This document shows, in pieces, positions 49,336 through 60,113 of a stretch of 64,000 bases of DNA; position 1 is the stretch's first letter; each line of letters begins with the position of its first letter. A program made the position numbers and the translations under genes. The notes beneath the pieces were generated by a model, which was given only the letters and a program-made list of their open reading frames with translations, made no database searches and was not told the origin of the DNA. This DNA is from Promethearchaeota archaeon (lineage in GTDB: Archaea; Asgardarchaeota; Lokiarchaeia; Sigyniarchaeales; SOKP01): contig JBHLNZ010000001.1 of the NCBI GenBank assembly GCA_048941015.1, forward strand, positions 32,001 through 96,000. The letters run 5' to 3'.

Positions 49336-50754
49336 TTGATGGCAATGGTCTATTTTCAAGTTAGTCGAATTGGGTTTAATTGCGGACGTGAAAAAGAAAA
49401 TTGCAGTTCTTATCCAGATCACTGTAGAGAATGTATTACATCATATTTTGTAAATGTTGGTATTGATGTTAGCCAACATATGAAATTTTCCGAAATAGAT
49501 TCTGAAGAGAAACGAATTCAGATGCAGCAAACCTTAATTTGGCACAAATTTTTAGACGTATTAAATATCAAGCATATAATTTTATTAACTAAAGAATCCG
49601 GTCTCCTAATAGTAGATTATCCTGTATCAAGTGAAGGTTTAAATATAGAGTTATTAATAGGTTTTATACAAGCAAACATCTCATTTTCAACTTCTAAAAC
49701 ATCTTTAGAAACAGGGGCAATAAGGGGTGATACAGGGAATGCTAAATCAAGTGCAATGAAGAAACATAAGTTTTATGAGTTTCAATATGAAACATTTGAT
49801 ATCCTTTTGAAGAGTGGCAATTATATTAGAGTATGTTTGGTATTAGATCAGAAAGCCTCACCTGGTCTAAAGGATCGTGTATCTAAATTTTTGCATGAGT
49901 ATGAATTGTCATATCAGAAGAAGATTGAAGATTTACTAACAAACGGATTACACAATTTTAATGACACAGTCCATTTTATCATTGAAGCCTTCAATATTAA
50001 GCTTCTTTTTCCCATGATTCTTACTTATACCTTATTACCAAGCGATTTAGATGAAATCAATAAAAATCCAATCCAAAAAGCTATAATTGATTTTGCTAAT
50101 GAACTCTTAATATCCAAAAAGTTCTTTTTCATTCATAATCTTCTTAATAGAGTTCAATCTGTCCTTAATTCAAAGCCTCACATTATACTTTATGAGATAT
50201 ATCAATTTTTAGAGAAGAACATCATCATTCCTTCTAATCTTGAAGTGGTTGAGAATGAAGTAAGAATATTTCAAGAAGTTCGCGCGAAACGAATTGCTGA
50301 TAATGAACTGATATCACCCATAATAGCAAACGATGACGCGATAAACGATTTGAAAGAAAAAGTACGTACAATGAATGTCGAAGAAGCTAAAAAGTTGATG
50401 AATACGTATATTAAAAAAGGAGAGACTGCGGAAAAAGCACTAGTTTTTAAAGAAGCTCAAAAGGAATATGAGAAAGCACTATATTTAGCAACAGGATTTA
50501 ACCTTGAGTTAGAAATTGGCAGAATCTCATTCATGGTGCTCGAACTTGACAAAAAGATTAAAACTCTCGAAATTAGTAATGCATTAGAAATGGGAGAAAA
50601 AGCAGAGAAGAGAAAGGATTATGTCAATGCAATCCAACATTTCCAGCAAGCAATCGCCTATTTAAGCGATAATGGATTGATAAATGTAAATGGGAATGAA
50701 GCAAAAGTTAGGAAGCTAAAAAAGCGAATATTATCCCTCCAAAAACAACTCTAA
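49336..50754 (+). CDS. Cys-rich N-terminus + longin/roadblock-like domain + C-terminal TPR/MIT-like helices
   Basis: HIILLTKESGLLIVDY..LLIGFIQANISF, KSGNYIRVCLVL; GETAEK..EAQKEYEKAL, GEKAEKRKDYVNAIQHFQQA. Confidence 0.6.
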   Translation: MMAMVYFQVSRIGFNCGREKENCSSYPDHCRECITSYFVNVGIDVSQHMKFSEIDSEEKRIQMQQTLIWHKFLDVLNIKHIILLTKESGLLIVDYPVSSEGLNIELLIGFIQANISFSTSKTSLETGAIRGDTGNAKSSAMKKHKFYEFQYETFDILLKSGNYIRVCLVLDQKASPGLKDRVSKFLHEYELSYQKKIEDLLTNGLHNFNDTVHFIIEAFNIKLLFPMILTYTLLPSDLDEINKNPIQKAIIDFANELLISKKFFFIHNLLNRVQSVLNSKPHIILYEIYQFLEKNIIIPSNLEVVENEVRIFQEVRAKRIADNELISPIIANDDAINDLKEKVRTMNVEEAKKLMNTYIKKGETAEKALVFKEAQKEYEKALYLATGFNLELEIGRISFMVLELDKKIKTLEISNALEMGEKAEKRKDYVNAIQHFQQAIAYLSDNGLINVNGNEAKVRKLKKRILSLQKQL

Positions 50755-51116
50755 AATTGTGAACTATTAAAACATACTTTCGTTCCCAGATTTATCCGTA
50801 AAAATATAATCAAAACAATTCCATCTATCTATTTTAAATTTCTAATCTTTAATTACAAGCTTGTAATATCCATGTCTCTCTTGTCTTTGTTCTAGATTTT
50901 AACTCCTCAAGTATATATTTCGGAACTTTGCTAAGCCATTTTCTAGAACTGACTTTTATAGGAGGAACTTCAATTTTTTTATAGATCTCAAAACCACAAT
51001 CTGCAAAGATTGTGAGGTAAGTCGGTATCAGTCCAAATATATTATTTAAAAAAAGAAATAAAATTTCAAAACGAATCATTAATTAATGAAATATTGAACT
51101 TGAAAATGATGATATT

Positions 51117-51281
51117 ATGGATGATAAGAATTATACAGATAATGAACTAGAAGAAGAATTAGATAAAGCTTTTAAAGCTGAAAAGAAACCAAATGTATTT
51201 AAAATTATTAGAAATGAAAAAACTGCTTTAGATGGGAAAGAAAAGAGATTAAAAGCAAAAATTAAACCTAAAAAACAATGA
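51117..51281 (+). CDS. Small charged hypothetical protein (54 aa)
   Basis: Manual translation MDDKNYTDNELEEELDKAFKAEKK...KPKKQ. Confidence 0.35.
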   Translation: MDDKNYTDNELEEELDKAFKAEKKPNVFKIIRNEKTALDGKEKRLKAKIKPKKQ

Positions 51282-51387
51282 GATAAAACAGATAAATTTT
51301 GCTATTTAAATTGCAAAATTGGTTAAAATTTTATGTGGTTTGAATCTTTGACTAGTTTTAATTTAAAAAAAAAATTAAAGTTTGAGA

Positions 51388-52134
51388 TTAGAGTCCTAAT
51401 AAAGAACTCATGCTTTTAACAATTGTATCTATTTCAGAATCAAACACTTTAACTTGATTAAAAAAAACGTTATTTACTTGAATTAATTGCTTTATCACGT
51501 ATTCTGGTGATTGAGTGATCTGGTTAGCCAGATTAACCGCTTCATTTAATACTTCTCCTTTTTCAACTAATTTATTGACAATATTTAATTTATAGGCTTC
51601 CTCAGCATTAAGAAATGTTTCCTTGGTTGCTGTATTTAATGTAATTTCAAGTGCTTTCCCACGACCTACAAGAGTCATATACGGGAAGAATAGAGGACAA
51701 GCTCCGAATCTTATTTCTGGATGTCCAAAAAGAGCTCCTTTTGAAGCAACCCGAAGATGGCAAATAACCATAAGATCAAAAGCTCCTGCAAGAGCGTATC
51801 CATTCACAGCAGCAATCAGTAATTTGGGGAATTCAAAAATTCTCTGATGAAAAAGGTGATTAGAATCAATAAATTTCTGATAATCCCCTTTTCCTTGGAC
51901 AACGGCTTGTACTTCATCTCTGTCAAACCCAGCGGAAAAAAATTCTTCTCCACCATAAAAAATAACCGCTTTAACTCTTTTTTCGTCCTTAAGAGAATTT
52001 AGAGAGTCTATAATTTCTGCCCTCATTTCTTCACTTAAAGCATTTTTCTTCTCAGGGCGATTAAACTTAATTATTGCTCTTTTGCCCTTTTTCTCAACAT
52101 TAATAAATTTATATTTTCGTTCCATATTTTCCAA
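51388..52134 (-). CDS. Enoyl-CoA hydratase/isomerase family
   Basis: FNRPEKKNAL, FSAGFD, AAVNGYALAG, FGHPEIRFG. Confidence 0.92.
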   Translation of the reverse strand: MENMERKYKFINVEKKGKRAIIKFNRPEKKNALSEEMRAEIIDSLNSLKDEKRVKAVIFYGGEEFFSAGFDRDEVQAVVQGKGDYQKFIDSNHLFHQRIFEFPKLLIAAVNGYALAGAFDLMVICHLRVASKGALFGHPEIRFGACPLFFPYMTLVGRGKALEITLNTATKETFLNAEEAYKLNIVNKLVEKGEVLNEAVNLANQITQSPEYVIKQLIQVNNVFFNQVKVFDSEIDTIVKSMSSLLGL

Positions 52135-52564
52135 CTCAAGATATATTAAATTGAATTATTTAAGAATTAGATACTTATACTTAAATTTCTTATACTTATA
52201 TCAACAGAGACTTAATAAACTAACAAAAATCAAATTCAATATCATTTTAAAGCATTTATGGAAGGTGAATTGAAAGAAAATGCTATTGTAGATCCAACTT
52301 ATAGCGCTTTGGATAAGATTTTTTTAAGTGAATAATGCCTGATATAACTATTCAAGACTTACCCTATTCTGAAAATATAAGTGTCTATATTAATGTTTCT
52401 GAGACTTGTTTTAATTTATTTCTCTCGCAAAAATTTTATATATAGGCAATTAATTCTAATCATCAACAAATTTTAAGAAGTTATAATAAATTTAGTAAAT
52501 GTTTAAATAAACTAAATTTCTACATATATGTGGCTTTATACAAAAATGAAAATTAAAATTAGAT

Positions 52565-52744
52565 GTGATCTATATAAGGCTTAAAGTATGCTTCAAATGT
52601 CGTGAATACATAACTCTTCTTGCTGATGATTTTCTTAATAATAAAAACATAGCACAGTTTGATTCAGTACATTCTGGTCATCCTGTTCAGATTGTAAATA
52701 AAGAAGAGTTAGAGGATATAACACAATGGAAAAAATCTTTCTAG
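52565..52744 (+). CDS. Small CxxC...HxxH zinc-binding protein (up to 59 aa)
   Basis: Manual translation ..RLKVCFKCREYITLL..FDSVHSGHPVQIVNKEEL; below ORF-track cutoff. Confidence 0.6.
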   Translation: MIYIRLKVCFKCREYITLLADDFLNNKNIAQFDSVHSGHPVQIVNKEELEDITQWKKSF

Positions 52745-52883
52745 ATTGAATTATTTAAGCCAAAAGAACGAATCTACCTAATTAATATAAATATAATTTA
52801 AAATCAACTTTTTCTACAAATAAAAAATCTTTCTAAAAATAAATAAGAAATATTTATAAGTTATTTTAAACTAATTCGATATA

Positions 52884-52907
52884 GAACTATTTAGTTCGAT
52901 TTCGAAC
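52884..52907. promoter_or_regulatory. Overlapping palindromes upstream of the MarR operon (candidate operator)
   Basis: GAACTAttTAGTTC 52884-52897 and GTTCGAttTCGAAC 52894-52907. Confidence 0.55.
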
Positions 52908-52936
52908 CTTTTAAAAAAAAAAGGAGTAAACAAATT

Positions 52937-53281
52937 ATGGATGAAATGATTGTATATTGTGGTATTAATTGCATGGAATGCCCTGCTTATATTGCTACCC
53001 AAAGAGATAATAGAAAAGAAATTGAGAAAGTTGCTAAAGATTGGTCAAATGAAACAATGTCTTTTACTCCAGATGAGATATATTGTGATGGGTGTAATGC
53101 AAATGGAAGGATCTTTAGTTGGTGTGAGAAATGTGATATAAGGAATTGTTGTAGAGCAAAAGGATTTATGAATTGCGCGTATTGCGATGAATATATCTGT
53201 GATAAATTAAAAATTATGTTTGAAAAGACGCAATCTGCGAAAGATAATTTGGAAAAAATTCGAAAGGCAATAAAAAAATAA
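52937..53281 (+). CDS. Cys-rich DUF3795-like protein
   Basis: YCGINCMECPAY, CDGC, CDIRNCC, CAYC. Confidence 0.8.
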   Translation: MDEMIVYCGINCMECPAYIATQRDNRKEIEKVAKDWSNETMSFTPDEIYCDGCNANGRIFSWCEKCDIRNCCRAKGFMNCAYCDEYICDKLKIMFEKTQSAKDNLEKIRKAIKK

Positions 53282-53315
53282 AATTATTTAAAAAATAGAA
53301 AATTGTGAAAGGAAG

Positions 53316-53777
53316 ATGGACTTAAAAGAAGTAAAAGATACAAGTATAGAATTGATGGAGACCTCTAAAGCGGCTTATTTAACAACTATTGATTCTGATG
53401 GATTTCCAATTACAAGAGCGATGTTCAATCTTAAGAATAAAACTCAATTTCCAGAATTTTCTGATTTTTTCTCAAAAGAAGAAAATAGATTTACCATATA
53501 TATTTCTACAAATACTTCTTCTTCCAAAGTTAATCATATCAAAGAAAATCCTAAAGTTTGTGTTTATTATTGCGATCCAGATGCTTTTAAAGGAGTAATG
53601 TTTGGTGGGATGGTAGAGTTTATAGAAGACATAAATATTAAAAAAACTTTATGGTTAGATTGGTGGACCAAGTATTATAAAGAAGGAGTAAACGACCCAG
53701 ATTATACTTTACTCCGATTAAGACCTAAACAAGGAAGATTTTATCACAAACTAAATCAAGTTGTCTTTGTGCCATGA
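53316..53777 (+). CDS. Pyridoxamine 5'-phosphate oxidase-like FMN-binding protein
   Basis: TIDSDGFPITRAM, STNTSSSKV, GVNDPDY. Confidence 0.85.
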   Translation: MDLKEVKDTSIELMETSKAAYLTTIDSDGFPITRAMFNLKNKTQFPEFSDFFSKEENRFTIYISTNTSSSKVNHIKENPKVCVYYCDPDAFKGVMFGGMVEFIEDINIKKTLWLDWWTKYYKEGVNDPDYTLLRLRPKQGRFYHKLNQVVFVP

Positions 53778-54235
53778 AAGGAGTAATGAAAGGTCAAAAG
53801 CAGGGAGGTTTTCTAATTTCAAAAATCCATCAACTTTCTCAGCGTATCTTTTCTAGAATTCTAAGAGAAAATGATCTTAATGAATTTAATCCTTCTCAAG
53901 GGAGGATTATGTTTGTATTATGGCAGAAGGACAATATCGCTATTCATGAACTTGTGGAAAAAACTCAGTTGGGAAAATCAACGATAAGTTTTCATTTAGA
54001 TAATCTTGAAAAAGCAGGACATATTAAACGAATATCTTCTAAAAGAGATAAGCGAGAATTCACTATAGTTTTAACTGATAAGAATAAAGGACTCCAAGAG
54101 AAGTATGTAAAAGTTTCGCAGGAAATGACAAAAATATTCTATAATAGATTTACTGACGATGAAATACAGGAATTTGAAGCCTATTTGATAAGACTTTTAG
54201 ATAATTTAATGCAATTCAAAAAGAAGAGCAAGTAA
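53774..54235 (+). CDS. MarR family transcriptional regulator
   Basis: QGRIMFVLW, KSTIS..LDNLEKAG, DKRE. Confidence 0.9.
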   Translation: MKGVMKGQKQGGFLISKIHQLSQRIFSRILRENDLNEFNPSQGRIMFVLWQKDNIAIHELVEKTQLGKSTISFHLDNLEKAGHIKRISSKRDKREFTIVLTDKNKGLQEKYVKVSQEMTKIFYNRFTDDEIQEFEAYLIRLLDNLMQFKKKSK

Positions 54236-54257
54236 TTGAATCATGCTCTAAAAAAGA

Positions 54258-54587
54258 TTAATTCTTTATATAATTTGCTTTTATTTTTTTTAGAAAATCT
54301 TTTCTTCTAGGATAAAATATATCTAACATTACAAATGGTTCATTACCTATACATGTGTCGCTGTGAGGAGTATTTAAAGGTATATAGTAAAAATCACCTT
54401 TTTTTACAACTCTTTCTTCATTTCCTATTCGTAATTTCGCTTCTCCAGTATATACCATTCCTAATTGTTCATGTTTATGAGAATGCATAGGTATAGTATG
54501 ATTTGGTAAGGTTGCATTAAGAGTCATCATCATTTTTTCCCCGGATAAACCTGTAAGAATTGTGGTTTCTAATCCTTCCATTTGCAT
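54258..54587 (-). CDS. Cupin-domain protein
   Basis: PMHSHKHEQLG, IPLNTPHS, LDIFYPRR. Confidence 0.88.
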   Translation of the reverse strand: MQMEGLETTILTGLSGEKMMMTLNATLPNHTIPMHSHKHEQLGMVYTGEAKLRIGNEERVVKKGDFYYIPLNTPHSDTCIGNEPFVMLDIFYPRRKDFLKKIKANYIKN

Positions 54588-54742
54588 AAATTTCTGAGCA
54601 TTTTTAACGTTGATAAAATATCGACTTTTTTTTTGAAGTATTAATATCGTCTCCTTTAATTTTTATTCAATACTATCTAAATAATAACTTAAGATGAATA
54701 GTTATCTTATAATTCAGAAATATTGAAATTATTAAAATTTTC

Positions 54743-55408
54743 GTGAGGTTATTTGATACGCTTAGTTGTTTTGAGCTAATGATTAACATTTTTGGAGTGT
54801 GGATAATTTCAGCGATTATTTACATAATTTTGAAAATTTTTATGAGAAATAAACTACCACCTGGTTCAATAGTTATTTTGAATCCTATTCCCACTGGTTT
54901 TAATAAATTACCTGCTAATAAGTTAACACGTATTATGACTACATTAGGATTAGGTTCAAGCTCATTTTGGTTCATGGTGATTATTTTATCGTGTATTTTT
55001 AACTTTTGGTTTTATATTTCAGATCTTTTTGCTTTTAACCTTCCAACGTGGCTTAATTGGGTTGGTGTCATTGGTATATGGTTCTGTTATGGATGGGGTG
55101 TTTTAGTTATGTATTATAACGTTAACTATAAAGCATTATTTAAACCAATGAAAGGGCAATATATATTAGCAACCGGAGGTCCCTATAGATTTATTCGACA
55201 TCCTATGTATACTGAAAAAATAATTGTTTTAATTTTCCTATTTTTGGCAACTGGAGTTTGGTTAATATTAATAGGACTATTAGGATTCATTTGGCTTCCA
55301 AAACAAGCAAAAGGAGAAGAAATTCTACTGTTAGAGCTGTTTGGAGAGCAATATTTAGATTATATAAATAAAAGTGGACGCTTTTTACCAAAAATTCAAT
55401 CAAAATAA
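54743..55408 (+). CDS. ICMT/PEMT family membrane methyltransferase
   Basis: GPYRFIRHPMY, EEILLLELFGEQY. Confidence 0.85.
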   Translation: MRLFDTLSCFELMINIFGVWIISAIIYIILKIFMRNKLPPGSIVILNPIPTGFNKLPANKLTRIMTTLGLGSSSFWFMVIILSCIFNFWFYISDLFAFNLPTWLNWVGVIGIWFCYGWGVLVMYYNVNYKALFKPMKGQYILATGGPYRFIRHPMYTEKIIVLIFLFLATGVWLILIGLLGFIWLPKQAKGEEILLLELFGEQYLDYINKSGRFLPKIQSK

Positions 55409-55419
55409 AATTTTATAAC

Positions 55420-55869
55420 TTAATTTTTTTTATAGATTCCTATAATTCCTCCTATAAGTATTAAAAAGGGATCAACAAAGATATATGTCATTGATAATTT
55501 GACTGCTGGTAAGGGTATTATAATATCTGATCCTAAATCTAATAAGACTACTGAGCGAATAGGGATAAACATTGAAATAGATGCAATTATACCAACTATA
55601 ACCAGCATAATATTCCCAAAAAGTAAAGATTTCTGTTTTATTTTAATCGCTATTAGTGCAATAATTCCCCACATGAAAGTTAGAAAGACACTTACCCCAT
55701 AAGCATTAAGGTGTCCTGAACTTATGACATACTCGCGAAAAGCTATTATAATTTGGCTGTTGTTGGGCAAGAGACCTTCCAAAAAGCCCCAAAAGATTAT
55801 AGCAATAATCCCAGTAATGAATAGTAAGCTTCCACCTATATAACCTAAGGTAGATCCAATGCTTTTCAA
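55420..55869 (-). CDS. Hypothetical membrane protein
   Basis: Four hydrophobic segments. Confidence 0.6.
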   Translation of the reverse strand: MKSIGSTLGYIGGSLLFITGIIAIIFWGFLEGLLPNNSQIIIAFREYVISSGHLNAYGVSVFLTFMWGIIALIAIKIKQKSLLFGNIMLVIVGIIASISMFIPIRSVVLLDLGSDIIIPLPAVKLSMTYIFVDPFLILIGGIIGIYKKN

Positions 55870-56019
55870 TTTTTTATCACTCTCAGAGGGATTTCATTAT
55901 CTTAACTTAATTTAATATATGTAGTGTTTACTAATAATTAAACTTAAATATATATGAGTAATCTTTAATACTTGATAATCCTATGGACATAAAAAAAAGT
56001 TAAATTTAAACAGTTAAAT

Positions 56020-56325
56020 ATGCCAGATTGCTTAAAATGTGGATTAAGTCTTACAGATGACGAATTTGAGAATTTTGAAGGTTATTGCCCAAGCTGTAAT
56101 GAGAAAGAAGATAAAGACATTACTTACAAATCTTTTTATATTTTGTTATTAGGGATATTTGGGTTAATTTCGATAATTACAACAGCATTCCAAATAATTT
56201 GGACTCTAATTTTAAATTTTGATATCATAAGCAGCGTTCTTTTATATCTGATCCCACCAAGTATCTTTTTAATTCTTTCAATAATACTCTCTACTTATTG
56301 TTTTAAACGATTAAAACGTCTTTAA
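56020..56325 (+). CDS. Zinc-ribbon + 2-TM membrane protein
   Basis: CLKCG ... YCPSC then two TM helices. Confidence 0.65.
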   Translation: MPDCLKCGLSLTDDEFENFEGYCPSCNEKEDKDITYKSFYILLLGIFGLISIITTAFQIIWTLILNFDIISSVLLYLIPPSIFLILSIILSTYCFKRLKRL

Positions 56326-56357
56326 GTAAATTTTCTTCATATTTTTCCTAAATTAAA

Positions 56358-56846
56358 TTATCCTTCCGCTTTTTCTTCTTTTCCCGTAATTTCATTGATG
56401 TCTAATCTTAGCATTCCTGAGTTTTCATAAGCGCCTTCTTTTTTTAAGAATTTTTTTTTTATGCCATCAGGATTTTTTTCTAAATGGTTTATTAAGATAT
56501 CAAACCCAGATTTTTTTTCTTGTAATTCTTCTACAATAACCATTTTTCCTCTAAAAATGACTGAACGAAACGTTTGACCGCATCCTTCTTGATAACCATT
56601 TTCTTCGATAACGGTACCACAAACAAAAGGATTTGCTTTTATAAAATCAATTTTTTGTCCTTCTTTCGCGCAGTGAAAATAAAGACATTTTTTAGAATCG
56701 TCATATCCATAGCTTAAAGTTACGAGATACGGCTCATCTTTTTTACACATGGATATTGTTGCATATTTTCCGGCTTTTAGAATTTCAATTTTCTCTTCTT
56801 CATCAGAAATCTGTTTTTCAATCCTTCTCATATGATATTTTGCCAT
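56358..56846 (-). CDS. Pyridoxamine 5'-phosphate oxidase-like / NimA family flavin-binding protein
   Basis: MRRIEK, PYLVTLSYGY, YFHCAKEGQK, SVIFRG. Confidence 0.85.
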   Translation of the reverse strand: MAKYHMRRIEKQISDEEEKIEILKAGKYATISMCKKDEPYLVTLSYGYDDSKKCLYFHCAKEGQKIDFIKANPFVCGTVIEENGYQEGCGQTFRSVIFRGKMVIVEELQEKKSGFDILINHLEKNPDGIKKKFLKKEGAYENSGMLRLDINEITGKEEKAEG

Positions 56847-57053
56847 ATTAATACTACCTAAGCAAAATTTTTATTTATAATTTTTAAATTTCTGACAAAT
56901 TATAAAGTTCTGGATAAGCAGTAATATTTTAAAATAAAAATTAAAATAATACTTTTAAGATGATCTATTGAAGAATTATTTTTCTATGTGATTTTAACAT
57001 TAATTTTTTATAACTTAATTTTCTTCTAATTCAAAAAGGATATTTCTAAAATT

Positions 57054-57407
57054 ATGGATAGAAATAAAGATTACTATAAAATCCTTGGAATTGAAAAAGA
57101 TGCTTCTGAAGCGGAAATCAAATTAGCATATCGAAAGTTAGCAAAAAAGTATCATCCAGATTTAAATAAAAATGATCCAAAAGCTAAAGATAAATTCATA
57201 GAATTAAAAGAAGCATATGATACTTTAATAGATCCTTTGAAACGTAGAATCTATGATCAAGCAGGTTATAATCCTCGCAATATTGATATGGCCGATCTTT
57301 TTGGGAGATATAATTTTAGAAATATAAGGGAAATTTTGGCAGAGATTTTCGCTAAAAATTACAGAAATGTATCGTCCAAGCCCCCTCCCGAGGGTATGTA
57401 TATCTGA
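57054..57407 (+). CDS. Stand-alone J-domain protein
   Basis: [30 protein letters not shown]. Confidence 0.9.
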   Translation: MDRNKDYYKILGIEKDASEAEIKLAYRKLAKKYHPDLNKNDPKAKDKFIELKEAYDTLIDPLKRRIYDQAGYNPRNIDMADLFGRYNFRNIREILAEIFAKNYRNVSSKPPPEGMYI

Positions 57408-57582
57408 TTTGAATTTATTTTTCCAAAGTGTTTGAGATATTATTATTTATTTACTTCAATCGAGATTCATACTTCATGGTTAGTTCATAATTTTAATCTA
57501 TAAATACTTTCAAAAAATGATTATATGTAGAGCATCCTTTTAATTAAATTTTGAATCCTTAAAACAAATCGGATAAAGTAAT

Positions 57583-58473
57583 ATGAAAACTAAAATTTTA
57601 TTTAGAACTTTCTTAATAATGTTTGTTTTCTCAGTAATTTTACCATTCAGTTTTGAATTTTCAACATCTCAAGAGTATGATGATTTACAAGGAATCGATG
57701 TTGCTATCTATAATGATTCAGGAACGGAAAGTCTACCTGAAAGTTATACTGCGCTAAGAAGTATGTTTGAATGGATGAATGCTTCAGTTGATTATATTTC
57801 TGTTGATCAGATTCAAGATGGAGACTTAAAAAATTATGATTTTTTATGTATGCCTGGAGGAGACCCTTATGATTATTATTATTCCCTTGAGAGCAAAGGA
57901 AAAAATAATATTCGTAATTTTATAAGATTTGGAGGCTGCTACTTTGGAATCTGTGGAGGATCTATATTTGGTACAGAAAACTTCTTAAATATTTTTAAAG
58001 GAAGACTAACTTCTCCTATTCCTGAGATTGGCCCAGGTATTAAAATGCATAATATGACAATAAATAGAAACTCAGAAGGACCAGATCTTTCTAATCAACC
58101 TGAGAACTGCACTACATTATACTGGAGTTCTGGATACTTTATAGCTACTGATATGTCTAAAATAATTCCCATAACATTTTATCCCGGAAGTGATGAATCA
58201 GGAATGATCGCATTTAAATATGGGAGTGGAGCAGTTTTTTTAAGTAGTCCTCATCCAGAATTTGAAGAAAACGACAATAGAGATAGTACTACTATATTTG
58301 ACTCTTATGATGATCCCGATTCTGAATGGGATTTATTATTGCAGGTTTCAATATGGCTTGTAAATACGTCTTGGGATATGAGACCTCTTATTTGGCTTAG
58401 TATTATCGTTGGAATAGTTGGAATTGGAGTAGTCATTACTTTAACCATTTACTTACAAAAAAGAAAAAATTAA
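57583..58473 (+). CDS. Secreted, membrane-anchored class I glutamine amidotransferase-like (BPL_N) protein
   Basis: Signal peptide, MPGG, GICGG, SPHPE, C-terminal TM anchor. Confidence 0.75.
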   Translation: MKTKILFRTFLIMFVFSVILPFSFEFSTSQEYDDLQGIDVAIYNDSGTESLPESYTALRSMFEWMNASVDYISVDQIQDGDLKNYDFLCMPGGDPYDYYYSLESKGKNNIRNFIRFGGCYFGICGGSIFGTENFLNIFKGRLTSPIPEIGPGIKMHNMTINRNSEGPDLSNQPENCTTLYWSSGYFIATDMSKIIPITFYPGSDESGMIAFKYGSGAVFLSSPHPEFEENDNRDSTTIFDSYDDPDSEWDLLLQVSIWLVNTSWDMRPLIWLSIIVGIVGIGVVITLTIYLQKRKN

Positions 58474-58510
58474 ACAATAATAAAATAAAAATAAGAAAGT
58501 AATTAACTAT

Positions 58511-59941
58511 TTATCCAGTTACCCTTGATTTCTTTTCTTGATGAATTTCCTCTAATTTCTCTTTTATTATATCTAGTTGTTCCTTATCTAAAGGAAATTT
58601 ATACATCATCAAGATAATAATTGCTAATGCTATCGCTGGAAAAACAAAGGCTAAAATTCTTAATCCTAAAATTACTGCTTCTGTTGTACCTAAAATTGGG
58701 TCAAAATCGCCCCAACCGGCATAGCTAAAAACGAGACTTATTGAAAAATACACGAAAATATTCGTTATCCTTAGAAAGAAGATGTAAAATCCAAAAAAGC
58801 TTGCCTCACGTCGCGTACCATGTATAACCTCATCTTCATCAATAATATCTGATAAGGTTATATCGGGGAAATATAATCCTCCTGCAATTCCTACTCCTAC
58901 AAATATAAATGCAATTAATCCGAACCATCGTTCTTGAAGAAATAGGAATGGTATAAGTGATATAAGCCAAAGGAGCGAAGATAGCATCCAACCTTTTCTT
59001 AATCCTATTTTTTTTGTTAGCGGTTTCCATAGTATAGTAATAAAAATAGCTGCAGAGATAAAGGATAAACCAAGCATTAAAGATAAAAATAAAGTTTCCC
59101 CTTCTCCAATATCAAGTACAAATTTTCCGTATAAAGGAACAATTGTCGTAAGCATCAAATTAACATACATATTTGCCATAACTGCAGGTATAAACCAACG
59201 AAAAGATTTATTTTTAAGACATAGTTTAAATGATTGTACGAAATTTGGCATCGTCTGATATTCTTGTTGAAATTCTAATCTCTCTTTTGGTGAAAACTTA
59301 AGAAATATAATTCCTACAATGATAATTATTATTGTAATAGTGATTCCAAATATCTGATACTGAGGTAATGACTCTTCAGCTGAATAATCAGATATAAATA
59401 AACCCGGTAATACGTAAGCAAAAATCAATCCAAGTATAGCAAAAACTTGCCTTACATTGTTTGCTTTCATTCTGTCTTCTTTAGTTATGAAAAGTTCAGG
59501 AAATAGTGATGTGAGATTAATATCATAAATAGTATAGCATAGTTCGAATATTAAAATAATAACAATAAAATAAACAAAATTTCCAGATTCATTAGCTAAT
59601 CCAAAAGCACGAGGGGGTGAGAATAAGAAAAACATTGCTAAAGCTAATGGTACTAAACCAATCATGATATAAGGACGTCTTCGGCCCCATTTTGTATGAG
59701 TTTTATCTGAGATATATCCTATAAGTGGATCATTGAAGGCGTTCCAAATTGACCAGAGTAGAAATCCAATTGAAATTAAATTAACATTAATTCTTATAAC
59801 AGCATAATAAAATGTGAAGACAAGAAATGAAAAACTTTGATTTGCAGTAATTAGAGAAACTTGCCCGAAACTATATCCCGCGGCATTTGTAAATGTATAC
59901 CCTTCTTTTCTTGAGTTTTTATTTTTACTCATCTTAATCAA
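58511..59941 (-). CDS. GPH (MelB-like) MFS symporter
   Basis: NDPLIGYISDKT..WGRRRPY, SDIIDEDE..GTRRE. Confidence 0.9.
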   Translation of the reverse strand: MIKMSKNKNSRKEGYTFTNAAGYSFGQVSLITANQSFSFLVFTFYYAVIRINVNLISIGFLLWSIWNAFNDPLIGYISDKTHTKWGRRRPYIMIGLVPLALAMFFLFSPPRAFGLANESGNFVYFIVIILIFELCYTIYDINLTSLFPELFITKEDRMKANNVRQVFAILGLIFAYVLPGLFISDYSAEESLPQYQIFGITITIIIIIVGIIFLKFSPKERLEFQQEYQTMPNFVQSFKLCLKNKSFRWFIPAVMANMYVNLMLTTIVPLYGKFVLDIGEGETLFLSLMLGLSFISAAIFITILWKPLTKKIGLRKGWMLSSLLWLISLIPFLFLQERWFGLIAFIFVGVGIAGGLYFPDITLSDIIDEDEVIHGTRREASFFGFYIFFLRITNIFVYFSISLVFSYAGWGDFDPILGTTEAVILGLRILAFVFPAIALAIIILMMYKFPLDKEQLDIIKEKLEEIHQEKKSRVTG

Positions 59942-60113
59942 TTTTTTTAAATTTAAGATATAAATGAAAAATTTATTCCTAAATATAAATTTATAATAAA
60001 AAGTAAAACGATTAACAATAAATAATTATAAAATAGTTTAAGAAGGATAATCAACTTTTAATTTTAGATTAGGGAATATCATAAGGTTTAAACATAAAAA
60101 TAATTTAAAGGTT

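Noticed and set aside
50849-51079. 76-aa minus-strand ORF, possibly a gene remnant
   Set aside because: No recognisable motif or RBS; cannot support a call
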